DNA of 63,847 nucleotides, the filler included, from Reticulomyxa filosa (Eukaryota > Protista > Foraminifera), in NCBI GenBank assembly GCA_000512085.1. It is 22 parts of 22 records of this genome, joined end to end, with 100 filler letters (N's around TTAATTAATTAA, not from the genome) between each part and the next. Parts side by side here need not be neighbours in the genome. Positions count along the whole stretch, not along the records: positions 20,479 to 23,385 come from ASPP01028827.1; positions 23,486 to 25,561 come from ASPP01000895.1; positions 25,662 to 26,661 come from ASPP01041126.1; positions 26,762 to 28,391 come from ASPP01035551.1; positions 28,492 to 29,598 come from ASPP01000735.1; positions 29,699 to 34,685 come from ASPP01021799.1; positions 34,786 to 35,950 come from ASPP01023499.1; positions 36,051 to 38,038 come from ASPP01017383.1; 14 more parts are not named here. One strand, given 5' to 3'. The notes beneath the pieces are model-generated. The model was given only the letters and a program-made list of their open reading frames with translations, searched no databases and had not been told where the DNA came from. The position numbers and the translations under genes are program-made. Shown here piece by piece: positions 21,660 to 36,096 of the stretch (position 1 is the stretch's first letter; each line of letters starts with the position of its first letter).

Positions 21660-22880
21660 ATACAGTACAAATTTACAACAACAACACTATTTGATGGTAT
21701 TATTCCTTAATTTTGGTTATGCACTTGAAAAAATAACGATATTACAAACATGGAAAAATTGTAATCGGATTTTGGTTGATACAGTCGAGAAATTAAGAGA
21801 AATTTGCACGACTTCCAATTTTAATGAGTTAAATGCATAAAATGTATACAACGACTGTAAAGTAAAACAAAAAATTATTGAATAGGTTGAAAGAAGAAAA
21901 TGACTTAAAAATACTTCGAGAAATGTGTTTGCATATTTTGTGGAATATTTTGAAATATCCTAAACATATCAAATTCACAAACAAGCTTTATACAACTATT
22001 TATTTCAAAAATGTCATACATTAGGTGCAGATTTCGAAAAAGTATTTCGGGCGATGGAATATCATTTACATTATTTTGGATTCAAAAAAGGAAATAATGA
22101 TAATTGGTATTATCAATATAAACATATTCAATTACTACATCTGTGGGAATGTTATAGGATCAATCAACGGACCACGTATGTGTTTATTTTGCTGTTGTTT
22201 AATAAAACAATTGATATAAATATATAAATGATATAACCAATCATTTTAAAAATAAAACAAGATCTTGGATTGAAAAAAGAGTGTGCATGTTATGGAATGG
22301 AAAATGGAAAGATTATAAATGTGTATTTCATTATGGACATCGAACAATAATGTTATTTGATGAAAATAAATTAAAAATAAAATCATTACAACTTGGAAAT
22401 CCAAACAAATCATCATTGGAATTCAATGTGAGTATTCAATGGTACAATGATATATCTGATGTTGATAACACACATGCCAAATGGGGTTGTCTCATTCTCA
22501 ATCATACTTGGCACTTTCGCACAACTCATCCATGTGATAGAGATGAATTATCAAATTGTGTATCAGTTAATGAAAGCAAAAACACACAAATATCTTTATT
22601 AATTTTCAATTGTCAAATATAAAATTATCAATTATTTGTTAATTGTCGAATTTTTGAATTGTTACACTTACATTTCAAACACATAGGAGTTCAACTCTTT
22701 CAGTGTCATTTGGAAAGACCAAAATAATGTAACACACAAAAAGTCATTAAATCCATATTCAATCACTTTCAAACAAGGAATACAACATCTACAACATAAT
22801 TTACAAATAAGAAGTCATTTTATAGATGGAAGAGATGAACTAATATCATTTGATTGTGAATTTGACAAAATGTTTAGATG
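21660..22880 (+). pseudogene. Degenerate member of an expanded family with a PUB-like N-terminal segment
   Basis: KILREMCLHILWNILKYPKHIK (PUB-like helix and turn), NWYYQYKHIQLLHLW, then exon CMLWNGKWKDYKCVFHYGHRTIMLFDENK...HTWHFRT. Multiple stops and frameshifts. Confidence 0.5.
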
Positions 22881-23272
22881 AACAAAAAAAAGCTGAGGCT
22901 AACCCCATGACGAATAATTCTCCATTGTATGTATTGTCGGTAAAATAGTTGTTACTATTGATTGTAATATTGAATTCGTCTAATTCAATACCAAACCTGT
23001 GGAATTTTCCAATGTATTTAATCACACCTGCAAAAAGTCAACAGATTGTTTTTTTAAGTCATCAAAAATAGACACGCAATTCAACATGTACGTATGTTTA
23101 AAAAAAAAAACCACACCTTTTCTACTGTTAACTAATTCCGACGACCCAGCCATCGCTGTAGCGTTTCTGCCACTGGTTGCAATTGTAGTGCCATGTTTTT
23201 CTTTTCGTGACATCTGCTTTGGAGGATCTTGACTTTAAAAACAATTGCAAACTTTGTCGATGTTCGTCAAGT

Positions 23273-23385
23273 TTATTTCTTTCCACTGTTGGAGAATCCT
23301 TTTTTTTAATTGTATCTTTTTTGATAAGAGATCAGAGCTTCAAAAAAAAAAAAAGGGTGTGTTTTTGATAGGTTATTGTATACAT
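23273..23385. repeat. Dispersed ~112-bp repeat, copy 2
   Basis: Nearly identical to 10745-10856. Runs into the contig end. Confidence 0.9.
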
Positions 23386-25140
23386 NNNNNNNNNNNNNNN
23401 NNNNNNNNNNNNNNNNNNNNNNNNNNNNNTTAATTAATTAANNNNNNNNNNNNNNNNNNNNNNNNNNNNNNNNNNNNNNNNNNNNTTTTAAGAAAAGTTA
23501 ATATTAATGATGAAGGTGGTAAATATTAATTTTTTTTTTCATTGTATTCGCAATGCTAATTTAATCTCTTTATCGATTTCCAATCCACATCTGAATCAAT
23601 TTCGGGTTAATTGGTTGCAAGAAGAATATTGATTGCTTAAACATTGATTTAATATCCGATTTCATCAACATCAGATTTCTTATTCTTGGTTCTTTCGTGC
23701 TATCTCGAAGAGTCTGAGCAAGATTCACTCTGAGCTCCACAGAGGTGAGGCAAAGGCCATCAACCGTGTGATGATCACAAAAGTTTGAAGTTAAATTGAA
23801 GTCTTTTTGCAATGATATAAATGATGAATTTTCTATTGTCATCAAGACAATTTTAATTAAAATTATCTCTTCAAGTTGAACCTTGAATGTTATTTGTTGG
23901 ATACTTTTTGTAACTTATTAACGAGATATTTGTTTCACAATATTTTTCTTGTTATGAATTCAACTTATAACATTCTGCAAAAAAAGTACATATGCACATA
24001 TCTCCAAAATTTGGAAACTTGTTGTTTCTCAAAGCTAGTCCAACTAATAATTAATATCGAGGTATTCACAATATTACTATATTCTAAAATATTTTTATAT
24101 ATCGATAAAGAATCAATCCACTGCAATAACTTTTCAGCGAGTTGAAATAATGATGATTGGCGCATGAATTTTTTTTGACGAAAAATTCTTGCAATGATTT
24201 TTTCGAAATAAAACCTTAAGTATCAACTTAAATCCCTTTCAAAATACAGCTTTTTAAGTGTATTAATATAAATTTTTTTTTATCTGAGATTTTCAATTAG
24301 ATTTAAAAAATGTTTATATTGCTACAAAGAAATTTTTTTAGTAGTTTGCTTCTTTGAGTATTGTCTTTGTTCGAACTTTGTTCGATAAAATCGTTGAAAA
24401 AATTTTTTTTAGCTGGAAGTAGAATATCGTAGTTAAATTCATAAGAAAGTGCTGTGAAACGAGTACCTCACTCGTTAACGAACATAGCACTAAAAAACAC
24501 AACACAACCCAAAGGATTCGGCAACCACTACAAGAGTTTCTTTTCTAGACTGCGGTCAATTCTTTGTGGACTGCGCTTCTCCGATCTATATTGATCCCAC
24601 ATGTTGAGATATTATACATGCACAAGTGAGTTTTTTTCAAAATCGATTTGGATTCCGATATCTGACAGCAACGCTTAGACATTTGTCCACAAAATATAAT
24701 CAGAAGATCATAATCTTTTCATGTTGTATAAATAATCATTTCAATATCCATAACTCCCAAATGAAAAATGCGTGTTTTTTATTATCCTTAGGGAATATGA
24801 TGCTGCAGAATAAGAGACAATCTCGATATTGCGAAATTTTTTGAAGATCCCAAAGAAATAAAAGATTTAAAAATTTCATTGTGCCAATACATGCTTTGTT
24901 TACATGCATGTTCAAAAATCATATAAAAAAACGATGTTTTTATCTAAATTGAAAAAGTTATTATAAAATCAATTTCATAGCTAAAAACTACAAGATTTGC
25001 ACATATTTTCAAAACACTAAAAATCGGTTCTCTTCGTGATGTTGCATTGGCGTTGCATTTTTATATATCCACATAAATTCAATAATTGCAACACTATCTT
25101 ATTTAGGATTTGTACTATTTTTTTGCACAAGTGTATAAAA

Positions 25141-25561
25141 TTAAGATGATTGCATCGCTTTGAAAAAGGCCTTTTTTTCCCAAGATTTTTTCGACGGCGA
25201 AGGGGGTAATGGTTGTTGGTCTTGTTTTTTCCATTCTTGATATGCACATTGATATGCACTAGCACAATAACTCCATGTTAATGATTGATGTGGAAAATAT
25301 TCTAATTGATTGTCAGGGAGATCTTGCTCCAACCAATGACTAAATTGAGAGTTTTCATCTCGTATAATCTGTCCTTGTTTATAAGCTACTTCACGCCATG
25401 TCTTTAATATATCTTTCATGATTCCTAATGATTTTCTCTTCACAAAATCTTCAATTTGTGATTGGATTCTATTAGGTAATGCTTGTTGATAAATATCAAG
25501 AACAAATGGAGTAATTGAATTTTCATTCAAATATTCCAATTGAACTAAATTGTTTAATTGA
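25141..25561 (-). CDS. C-terminal fragment of a hypothetical protein
   Basis: Frame is open from the contig edge to TAA at 25141-25143 with protein-like composition. No motif recognised. Confidence 0.4.
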
Positions 25562-25663
25562 NNNNNNNNNNNNNNNNNNNNNNNNNNNNNNNNNNNNNNN
25601 NNNNNTTAATTAATTAANNNNNNNNNNNNNNNNNNNNNNNNNNNNNNNNNNNNNNNNNNNNAA

Positions 25664-26241
25664 TTATTTAATAACCAATTCTTTTTCAGCAACTGGATTG
25701 GAATGAATAGTAACAGATAAGATATGAATAGGATCAACAGGTCTATTTTTTTCATCAGTATCAATTTTTTCCATAGCATCTAAAGTATGCATTCCATAAA
25801 TAACTTTTCCAAAAATGGTACAAGTATTATTTAAATGAGAAGCTTCTTTGTAAGTAATAAAAAATTGTGAAGTATTTGTATTAGGACCTTGATTAGCCAT
25901 TGCTACAACACCTTTACGATCAAATTTTAATGTTTCAATAATTTCATCTTCAAAATATTCACCATTATATATTGATTTTCCTCCTCTATAATTTTTTGAA
26001 TTTTTTGGAGCACCACCTTGAATCATAAATCCTTTTATATTTCGATGAAATATTGTACCATCATAAAATCCACTTGCAGATAATCCTAAAAAATTCTATT
26101 TATAATCATATCTTTTTTTAAAAAAAAATAACAACAAAAAAAAACAACAATAAGATTAAGCACTTTCGCCGCTTTTGGTGTTAATTCACAAAATAATTCC
26201 AGCTTTAGCTCTCCAAGGGTTGTTTGTAAGGTCAAGGACAT
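25664..26241 (-). CDS. PPIL3: Cyclophilin-type peptidyl-prolyl isomerase, PPIL3-like (complete, 2 exons)
   Basis: Exon 26241-26164 MSLTLQTTLGELKLELFCELTPKAAK. 68-nt GT-AG intron. Exon 26095-25664 NFLGLSASGFYDGTIFHRNIKGFMIQGG...AMANQGPNTNTSQFFITY...HLNNTCTIFGKVI...VTIHSNP. Confidence 0.92.
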
Positions 26242-26906
26242 TTTTATTTACCAATTGTCTTCAAAAAAAAACGAGTTCAACTTTAACCAACCTTTTTTTT
26301 ATCCACTTTCAGGTAAACGTGCTCATCGAAAGTAACAATAATTCTCTTACACATTGCTTGCTTTTTATTCAAAACAACATTTACAATATTAATTCGACAC
26401 GTAGACATTAAAAATAAAGTTTACATTGCAAAATGTAGGACTATCTTAAAATGATTTAGTAGTATTTTGAAATGTTTTGTTGCGTAAAAAAGATTATTTT
26501 TTGATTTAGGAAAGAAGGTTTGTTGGTCTATGGCTTTAATGCTATGGTTGGCAGTCAAAAAGGATATTTGATTAACACAAGGAAAATGTCACAGTTGAAA
26601 GACTTCATTGACTCCCTTTTGAGAGAGAAGAAGTATCTGTTTGTTGATAGCCTTGCAAACANNNNNNNNNNNNNNNNNNNNNNNNNNNNNNNNNNNNNNN
26701 NNNNNTTAATTAATTAANNNNNNNNNNNNNNNNNNNNNNNNNNNNNNNNNNNNNNNNNNNNAAAAAAAATTTGGTCCAGCGAAGGTGTACCAAAAGAATT
26801 GGTGCACATATGATTTTAATTGAGTTTTCTCAACGAAATTAGTGTATCGCTACTAGACCCTACCTATCCCTTCAAAAAAAACAACAACAAATCACACACA
26901 ATCAAA

Positions 26907-27935
<1,029 letters not shown>

Positions 27936-29527
27936 TTATTTGTGTTTCCGTGTTTTAGTAACCAATGGCATCTTACCCAGTTTAACAATAACAACAACAA
28001 AATATAATCGAAAAATGACAGCAAGAGAACTTATAAACCAATAAAGATAGCTGCAATAATCAGTAATGTGTACACAATCACAGGAGAAATTCCAAGTTCA
28101 ATCTACGAGAAAACCACAAAAAGAACTTATTTTAGATTTGAAACTGACGATATTTCTTGTTTTTGTGCATATAGGTATTTTTTTCAAAGTTAAAAAAGTA
28201 TTGGCGCGTTATTTTTTAAAAGAAAAAGATCTCGCGTATGATTATGCATTTGCAAAGATTGCATACTTTGTCCGAAACAGGGAGTTCGTGTTTGTATAGC
28301 ATACATTGAGATTCGTCAAGTGGAGTGGGTAGCTCTTTCAAAGTTTGAAAGTGTGTAGTAATCTGCTGACTTAGTTTAGTCTCTCTTTCAGNNNNNNNNN
28401 NNNNNNNNNNNNNNNNNNNNNNNNNNNNNNNNNNNTTAATTAATTAANNNNNNNNNNNNNNNNNNNNNNNNNNNNNNNNNNNNNNNNNNNNTACATTCTG
28501 GTGTAAAAAATAATTCAAGTTTGGTATAATAAAGTCAAAATCCATTTAATAAGGTGTTCTCATTAGATAATTTTTTCATATCAAATTAAATTTGATGAAT
28601 AGAATCAAAAAGGAAAATATCATTTAATTTCATTCAAAAGTAAATAATTCAATACATTTCTTTCTTTCGACAAAATTGTGAATATGAAAAACTTGAGAAC
28701 TGCACACCTTCTATTACTCAAATATACTCATCAAAAGTTATTTGTAGTGTAAGAATTTTCTAATTCTTCCTTGCAAATAAAAACAGGTTAAAAAAAGAAC
28801 AAACAGTAATGATGATTGATTTTTGTAAGTTTGGATTTATTTTTGAACAGGAAAATCTTTGGTGAAGCTATCACAAAAAAAGTATTAATCCTTTCTGCAA
28901 TTGAACTTTGAATTGAAAAGTCCTAAAGTTTTCCCCTTTTTGTAGGGAACGACCCATTTGAATAAGGACAAATATTTTGTATTCGTTTTTTGCGTGAAAT
29001 TTACCAATAAACTCTGTTTTTACTTTAATCTTCAACAATAAACGTTTTATCTACTTTTTCACATGATTTCAACATCTTATGTTTGCTTTTTATAGTTGTT
29101 AAGGTATCCTATTATCAATTTTGTAATAAAGTCTTTTTTTATTGAAAAACCCTTTGTCAAAACAATAAAAGTTTAACTATTCTTTTGCTGTTTCAAAAGA
29201 TTTTGTAAAATTATATCATTTGCATTATTATCTGACAAAAAACAGTCATTCTTGTGTTTTGTTTTGTTCAATTATGATTGTGGAACAGTACGCTATTGGC
29301 TTAATTTTTAATTCAAAAAAGGTAACCATAACTTTTTTTTTTTAAAACATACTTTTGATATCTTTGCCTTGATACAGTAATTTGTTTCTTTTGGCTGAAT
29401 ACAAATTTTTCTTTTTTCAAAAGGGGTACTCACTTCTCCCTTCAGACAGAAAATTCCAACAATAAAAAACTTTGTGAATTTGAATACCCAAGAAATCTGT
29501 GGCAAAGACGAAGAAACAATTGTAAAC

Positions 29528-29598
29528 ATGAGCGATTTGAAAGAAGAAGAAACAAAAGGAAAAGATCGAATTGGAGTGGCTCCAGTTTCTTTTGACCA
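29528..29598 (+). CDS. N-terminal fragment, probably of the expanded RING/TRAF-type zinc-finger family
   Basis: MSDLKEEETKGKDRIGVAPVSFD runs into the contig end. It resembles, from memory, the leader preceding the RING motif in the family seen at 62605-63071. Confidence 0.3.
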
Positions 29599-30213
29599 NN
29601 NNNNNNNNNNNNNNNNNNNNNNNNNNNNNNNNNNNNNNNNNNTTAATTAATTAANNNNNNNNNNNNNNNNNNNNNNNNNNNNNNNNNNNNNNNNNNNNAA
29701 AATATTTATATGTTTTGTAATGATTTTGAATAATTGCGATTGCCAATATGGAATCATTAATGTAAAAAGAAAGAAATATTGAAAAATTATAATTATATAT
29801 ATTAATAATGCTATCTTTAAGTATTATCAAAATATATTTATTTATTAATAAATATTTTATTGTTTTTTTTTGTTTTTTTTTTAAGACTAAAAAAGGATTT
29901 TTATTTTATTTTATTTTTGTTCAATTTGTTTGTTTTTTAAGTCAGTGTTTTTTTCATATCAAGACGTTCTTTGTTGACATTTGTAATGTCACTGTCTATC
30001 CAACTTCTGCAATACTTTTTATTTTGGGGAAAAAAAGTGTGGCGGCTTACAGGTTTGTAATGAACAAGCTGCTCCACACTCACATATATTTTTTATTTTT
30101 TTATTTTCTATTTCCGTATTCGGCACCTCGATATCGAGGTCCTTGCGACTTCTTTTTTTTATATAAAAAATGTAAAGGTTATAATTGGAAGATATTATTT
30201 ATATATGGTCCGG

Positions 30214-30904
30214 CTCAACGATCTTCAAAAATTAGAATAATTGAAGAAAGAATTACACACATTGAGTGTGCAACAATCAAGTGATTGTACCCCTGAAAAA
30301 ATTGCCAAATTCGAACATTGCGTAAAAACATTGTTCGAATTTTGACAATTTTAACCCAAATAACAAGAGTTTTGTGACTTGTGTATAATGTGTGAATTTT
30401 TTTGTTTGCATTCAAGGGTGGTAAAACCATAAAACTGACACGCAAATCCGCAACAAAGACCAACGTTGATTGCAAAAAAAAAAAGATAAGAAGGATTTTT
30501 GAATAAATAAATCTTTTTTTAATAAAAAAATGTATGTCCTTTGTGATAGCAAAAGGCCTAGAGCAGTATGCAAAATGCGACAAGAAATTTTTACCTTTGG
30601 ATTTGAGACCAAAATTGACCCATCGAGAGATTACGATTGCCACATCAACTATGTTTTAAGAAAACTCCATGCCAAAAGTGATTGATCAAGAAATTCACTA
30701 AAGAAAATTTGCGGTGCTGTCGTCCACTGTATCATTGCCAGCGGAAATTCAAAGTATCAATTTGAAATCGGCATTGACCGGCAAAAATCCGGCATTTCCA
30801 AAAAGGGTCTCAGCCAAGATAGAGAACGAAGACGACAATTAACGAAAATGCGAATAGAAGAGAAAGAAAAGCCTGCTGAAGCCGCCGCACCTCAAACACA
30901 ATAA
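30214..30904 (+). pseudogene. RPL35: 60S ribosomal protein L35 (uL29) pseudogene
   Basis: KLE*LKKELHTLSVQQ, (frameshift) CQIRTLRKNIVRILTILTQ, intron, KKFLPLDLRPKLT...*RKFAV. The order matches uL29 motifs (KIRVVRKSIARVLT; KKYLPLDLRPKKT; RKFA). Missed by the ORF track. Confidence 0.75.
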
Positions 30905-33843
30905 AGCAAGGATGAAACAAAGCACAAATGATTTCACATTTTCTTTGATGTGAGGGGGATGGGGATGTGGATGGAGGATTTGTGAATTTTTTTTTTGCTT
31001 GTTTTGTTTTTCCTTTTATTGATTTTATTTGAATCTGGATAGGATTGCACAAATTTGGGGAAAAAAAGGGTACTGTCAGTATTATGTTCAAACATTTAAC
31101 GATTTTGCGTTACAATTTCTTTTTTTCCCACTGTCCAAAAGAAAAATCAATAATATCAGTAATATGAGTAGCAATGGTTTCTGTTTAATCTAATCTATAA
31201 ATGTATTCAAATAATTTTGTTTCGAAACTATCAATCAATTTATTATTGTTTCTTTTTTTTTTTTGATTCATAAAAAATTAACTCTATCTTAATGGACATA
31301 CTTTTTTTTGAACGCTGATAATAATAATACAAAAATAATTTTGTGAATGAAAAAAAAAAATAAAAAATTATAATCTGTCTGATCCCAGCATTAGTCTGAT
31401 CTAACCTTTGAAGGGAAAGGGCCAAGCAGAAATTATCAAATATATAGCTTGATTTCTACTGTTGAGATAGTTAAAAATCTGACTATGCCTTTGTTCCGTT
31501 ACTCTATATAATTCTCATGCACACACTTTTTTTTTTGTCCCAAAACTGATTAGAAAATGTATTTATGCAAACTTCTGACAAATTCTTGCCAATGCACAAG
31601 ACTGAACGTCACTTACTTTTTTTTGTAAAAAAAGTAATTTTCAAGCTCCATTTAATTGATAATAAAATTGCGCAAACATAAATTAAAAATTAAAATGTAA
31701 AACGTTTATTTTGATGCCATTTCTCATCAATACCTTCCTTGAACAATTGCACTAGGACAATTGATTTCAAGTCCAATTATTTATTTTTTTGGCTAAAATT
31801 TCTGCTCAATAGGGACTTGCTGATTTTGATATCTGGAAAATGTTTAATGTCCTCATGAGCCTTTAAAGAACCTTTATTGACATAAGCCATGGGACATAGC
31901 TTCATTGATACATTTTTGTTGTTTTGTGGAGTTTAGAATGACCACGCAAACTATTTTCGGTAAGCAACATTTTATTACACTGCTTGCATCGAAATAAATT
32001 TCATGAAAATTGTTTAGATCATTGAATTTTTCAAACTTCGATTCATCTTCCATTTTCATCTCACATTTCGTTTTGAAATCAACAGACTCCCTTTCTTGTT
32101 CAATTTCAGAGCTTCTTCATATTCCTGTTTCATTGAATGAAACTGAAAGGTCAAGTCATTACATATTCATTTTCTTTACTTGCATTATCACAGATTTGAG
32201 GGCTGAGCCACTTTTGCAGCTCCTTTGGATGCCACGCATTTGTAATATACTTGCATCATGATGTGCTTTGTCCATAAAAAAAGCGGCTTTTTGTCAGAAG
32301 AATAAATCTAGTAAATGAAAAAAAAATAAAACATAAGTTAATATTTTTATGTCATATACAATTCAACAAAAAATGAGTGAAGAAAATAAAACTTACTGTA
32401 ATAACATAAGGAATTTCGGTCATATTCGACGCACGCAACAAAAATTATGTTTTATTTCTTCTTTTTTTGTGTCCAGAACTGGTTAGAAAATGTTTTCTAA
32501 GTGGTTATTGCTTGCGATATGGTTTCTAACTTCAAAAGCAGCAAAACAAGAGTTTGTGGAAGTTTGAATGATTGCAATCAAAAATTTTAATACATTTCAG
32601 AAGAAAACGAAATGTGTTCGAACAATTAAACAATAACATCTATTTGCTCAAAAATTACTCACAAAAAAATGATGGAATAAATGAAAGAACTAAAACGAAA
32701 TAAAGACTAACAAAAACTAAATACTCTTTCTGTTAAAACTACTTAAACCTCAAAAAACAAAACATTAACTATAGCGTTGCATTCTTAATCAGTCCTGATT
32801 ATTCTTTGGCAACAATTTCAGCTAGATCATACAAGAATACATAAGAAATATTCCTATCCTTGACAAATTTTTCAGACAGGAAAAAATTGAAACTCAAAAT
32901 CTTTTTTAATATCCACAGATATAATAGTTTTATGCTATCTTTCCAAATAATTTCAAAATTTACCTTTTTATGATCAGTCCAAGAATAACAATTGACTAAA
33001 AACTGAGTTGCTGGCAAAAAGTAATATGAAAATATCCAGCACTTTGAGCAAATTTTGCAAACAAAATCAAGCCAAACAAAGAATAATTAACAAAACCAAG
33101 AACAAAAAAGTTGATGGAGTGAAAGTAAACAAGTTTAGGAAAAAAGAATTTCCAGATCCAGTCCCAAATTTGATTATTATTAGATCTTGTATGCTTAAAA
33201 AAAAATATTTTTGATAAATCAGTGAATAGTGATAAATAATCCATATGCAAAGTAAACTTTTGTTTGTTTAAATTACAACAGTTTTTACTGTTTATTACAC
33301 TCGAATCATACTTTTTTAGAGATAAACTCAGTTTATAAGATTTATAGTCATATCGATGAAACTTAAACATAGTATCTTAATAAAAGAAGAAATCACGCAT
33401 ATAACAAAGATATTTCCACTTGCAAAGTAAAAAAATTTGAGATTAATTTAACTTTAAATTCACATTCTTTTTTGTTACTTTGCTGCTTCTCTTTTGTTTT
33501 TATATTTGTTTTGATTGGAAGAATCCATCAGTAAATTTGAAAAATGTTTTGTCAGTTGGGGATATTTGCGCCATCATAAATAATTGATTATTTTTTTCTG
33601 ATACTTGGCTTGTTTGTTGCTAATGATGAAAGTTGATATAATTTCTTTTTTATAGATTGTATTTTATGTGACAAACAAAGTATAGTATGGCAATGCAAAT
33701 TTTGAATTTACAAAAGTGAGAAAAATATGAATTAAAATATTGCATGCAACTGTTTTTTAATTTTGAAAAGAGTAGAAAAAAACAGAGCGAGAAAAGTTGA
33801 AGTTTGTAAGAAAGGGAGCATTGCAAAATTATCCTTTGTGATC

Positions 33844-34606
33844 ATGCCTCGCCAACGCTTCAAAGCGAGACGGAGCAGCGTTGGATGTCAAGAAACAAAG
33901 AACAAAAGAGCAGAGCAGCAACAGACAGGAGCGAAAAGAAAGAGAAAGGAGGGAGCAAGATCCGGCATGACACAAGCAACACTGCCAGAAGGAGGGGGGG
34001 GGGGAGACAGCACCACAAACATATCGTGGGAAATAACGTATCCCGACGAAACCTTAAACGACATTGGTGGAATCGAGCACATGAGCGAGGCCATTAAAAA
34101 CCTGTTGTTGTCCTTGTGCCTGCACAGATATTTGGAACACATTGGGTGCCCTTCATCCGAGATCGGTCTTGCTGCATGGGCCCCCTCCCCTCCCCTCCCC
34201 TCTCCCCAGGAAGTGGGAAAATACTTTTGGCAAACGCACTTGCGGGTGAAGCTGGTGAGTAAGAGAAAAAAAAAAAGTGGTCGGGCTTTTAAGTGTAAGT
34301 GCATCTGAACTAATTCAAACATTGTCCGGACAGTCCGAAACCAAAATTTGATCGCTGTTTGATACGGCGCTGAACAATGCCCCTTGCATTGTGTTCATCG
34401 ACGAAATCGATGTGATCGCGAGCAAGCGCGAAGACGCGTCGAAAGATATGGAGAAACGCATAGTGCTGAACGTGCTTGAACAACCTGGCGATGCATGCAA
34501 TGAAAAAACCAGTGCTGTTCATCGCGGGTACAAAATCATCCGGACAGCATCTACACGTTCGCTACAATCATTGGCCCGACTGATTCCAGTAATACATGGC
34601 CAATGA
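33844..34606 (+). pseudogene. CDC48-family AAA ATPase (NVL/Rix7-like) pseudogene
   Basis: LNDIGGIE, VLLHGPP (C-rich insertion and frameshift) [60 protein letters not shown]. TGA at 34349. Confidence 0.8.
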
Positions 34607-35104
34607 GAACAAGTGCAAAGAAAAATTACTATTCTTTGCTGTTTAATTTAAAAAAAAAAAAAAAAAAACGAATTTAAAATTGCTANNNNNNNNNNNNNNN
34701 NNNNNNNNNNNNNNNNNNNNNNNNNNNNNTTAATTAATTAANNNNNNNNNNNNNNNNNNNNNNNNNNNNNNNNNNNNNNNNNNNNTTTTTTAAGTCCTTT
34801 AAATTTTCTTCATCTTTTTTTTTTTTTTTTTTTTGCTAATGTTGGCTTGAGAGTTATTTCAAGCCTTTTATCCTATTTTTGCTTGTTTATTTGCATATGA
34901 ATCCTGATTTTTTTTGTAACTGTGTCTCATTTTTTTTTTTTTTTAAACAATCCTTTGTTACTGTGTTTTATTGACAAATTTTCTTGCTCTTCGTCATGTG
35001 CTAAGTCTATACTATTTCTTAAAAAACTTATTTCTGCTTTTACTGGCCGCCCTCTAAAGAGTTTAAAACCCTGATTAATATTTTGAAGCAATAGCTACAA
35101 TAGG

Positions 35105-35906
35105 GAATGTTGCATAGATCATTGGATCGGCTCTTGTCTGTGCAGACAAACAGAACGGAGAAAAAGTTCAAAGGCGCCATTTGGTAAGCATTCGAACATA
35201 AATTTAAAAAAAAGTCAAAGAACGAACCTCCAACAAATAAGGCGAACAGGTGCAGTTTTTGGATACCCAATATCGCATGCATCGCGCATTGACAGAGTTC
35301 TCTTCGATGGAGTTTTATGGTGGACAATTGAAAACTGCAAAGAGTTTGCGACGCGACATGCCCAAAGGATTCCCGTGGCCTATCAAAGATTACCCCTTAT
35401 GCTTTATCCATGTCGACGGGTTTCATGAGTCACGCAATGTATGGATGAGTACCGAGAACGAAAAAGAGGCCCATTTGATCGTGAACATTGCATCCATGTT
35501 GTTTCAGCAGAACTGGAGGAATGGCCGTGTCACAATCATTACTCCTTATCGCGCGCAAAGAGAAAACATTGAAGACAAACTCAACAGCCTCTGTGGAGGG
35601 TATCACAAACAATGGTTTGAAGTTTGCACCGTCGACGGCTTCCAAGGAAATTAAAGTGAAGTCATCATTTTCAGCGCTGTTCGAGCCAATGATATGAACT
35701 CCATCGGCTTTTTGAAAGAAAGGCCCCGTGTCAATGTTATGCTAACCAGGCCCAAATCAGGGCTCATTGTTGTTGGCAATCTACATACTTTATCCAAAGA
35801 AATACTTTGGAACAAATGGCTTACCCACGTCGTTGTTAAAAACAAGTCTTTTGTCGATAGCCGTGTTCTTGAACAAAACACTGATTTAAATATTTCAACA
35901 AAATAA
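35105..35906 (+). pseudogene. UPF1/Sen1-like SF1 helicase C-terminal domain (AAA_12) with one in-frame stop
   Basis: LDTQYRMH...FYGGQL...STENEKEA...IITPYRAQ...TVDGFQGN*SEVIIFSAVRAN...IGFL..RPRVNVMLTRPKSGLIVVGN. TAA at 35652-35654 sits at the conserved Glu of FQGxE. Confidence 0.8.
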
Positions 35907-36056
35907 TCTTATTTTAGTTAGTCTTTCTTTTTTTTTTTTTTTTTTTTAAANNNNNNNNNNNNNNNNNNNNNNNNNNNNNNNNNNNNNNNNNNNNTTAATT
36001 AATTAANNNNNNNNNNNNNNNNNNNNNNNNNNNNNNNNNNNNNNNNNNNNAAAAAG

Positions 36057-36090
<34 letters not shown>

Positions 36091-36096
36091 AAAGAC

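Noticed and set aside
23570-24165. Degenerate coding-like minus-strand region
   Set aside because: Broken by many stops and no family could be assigned.
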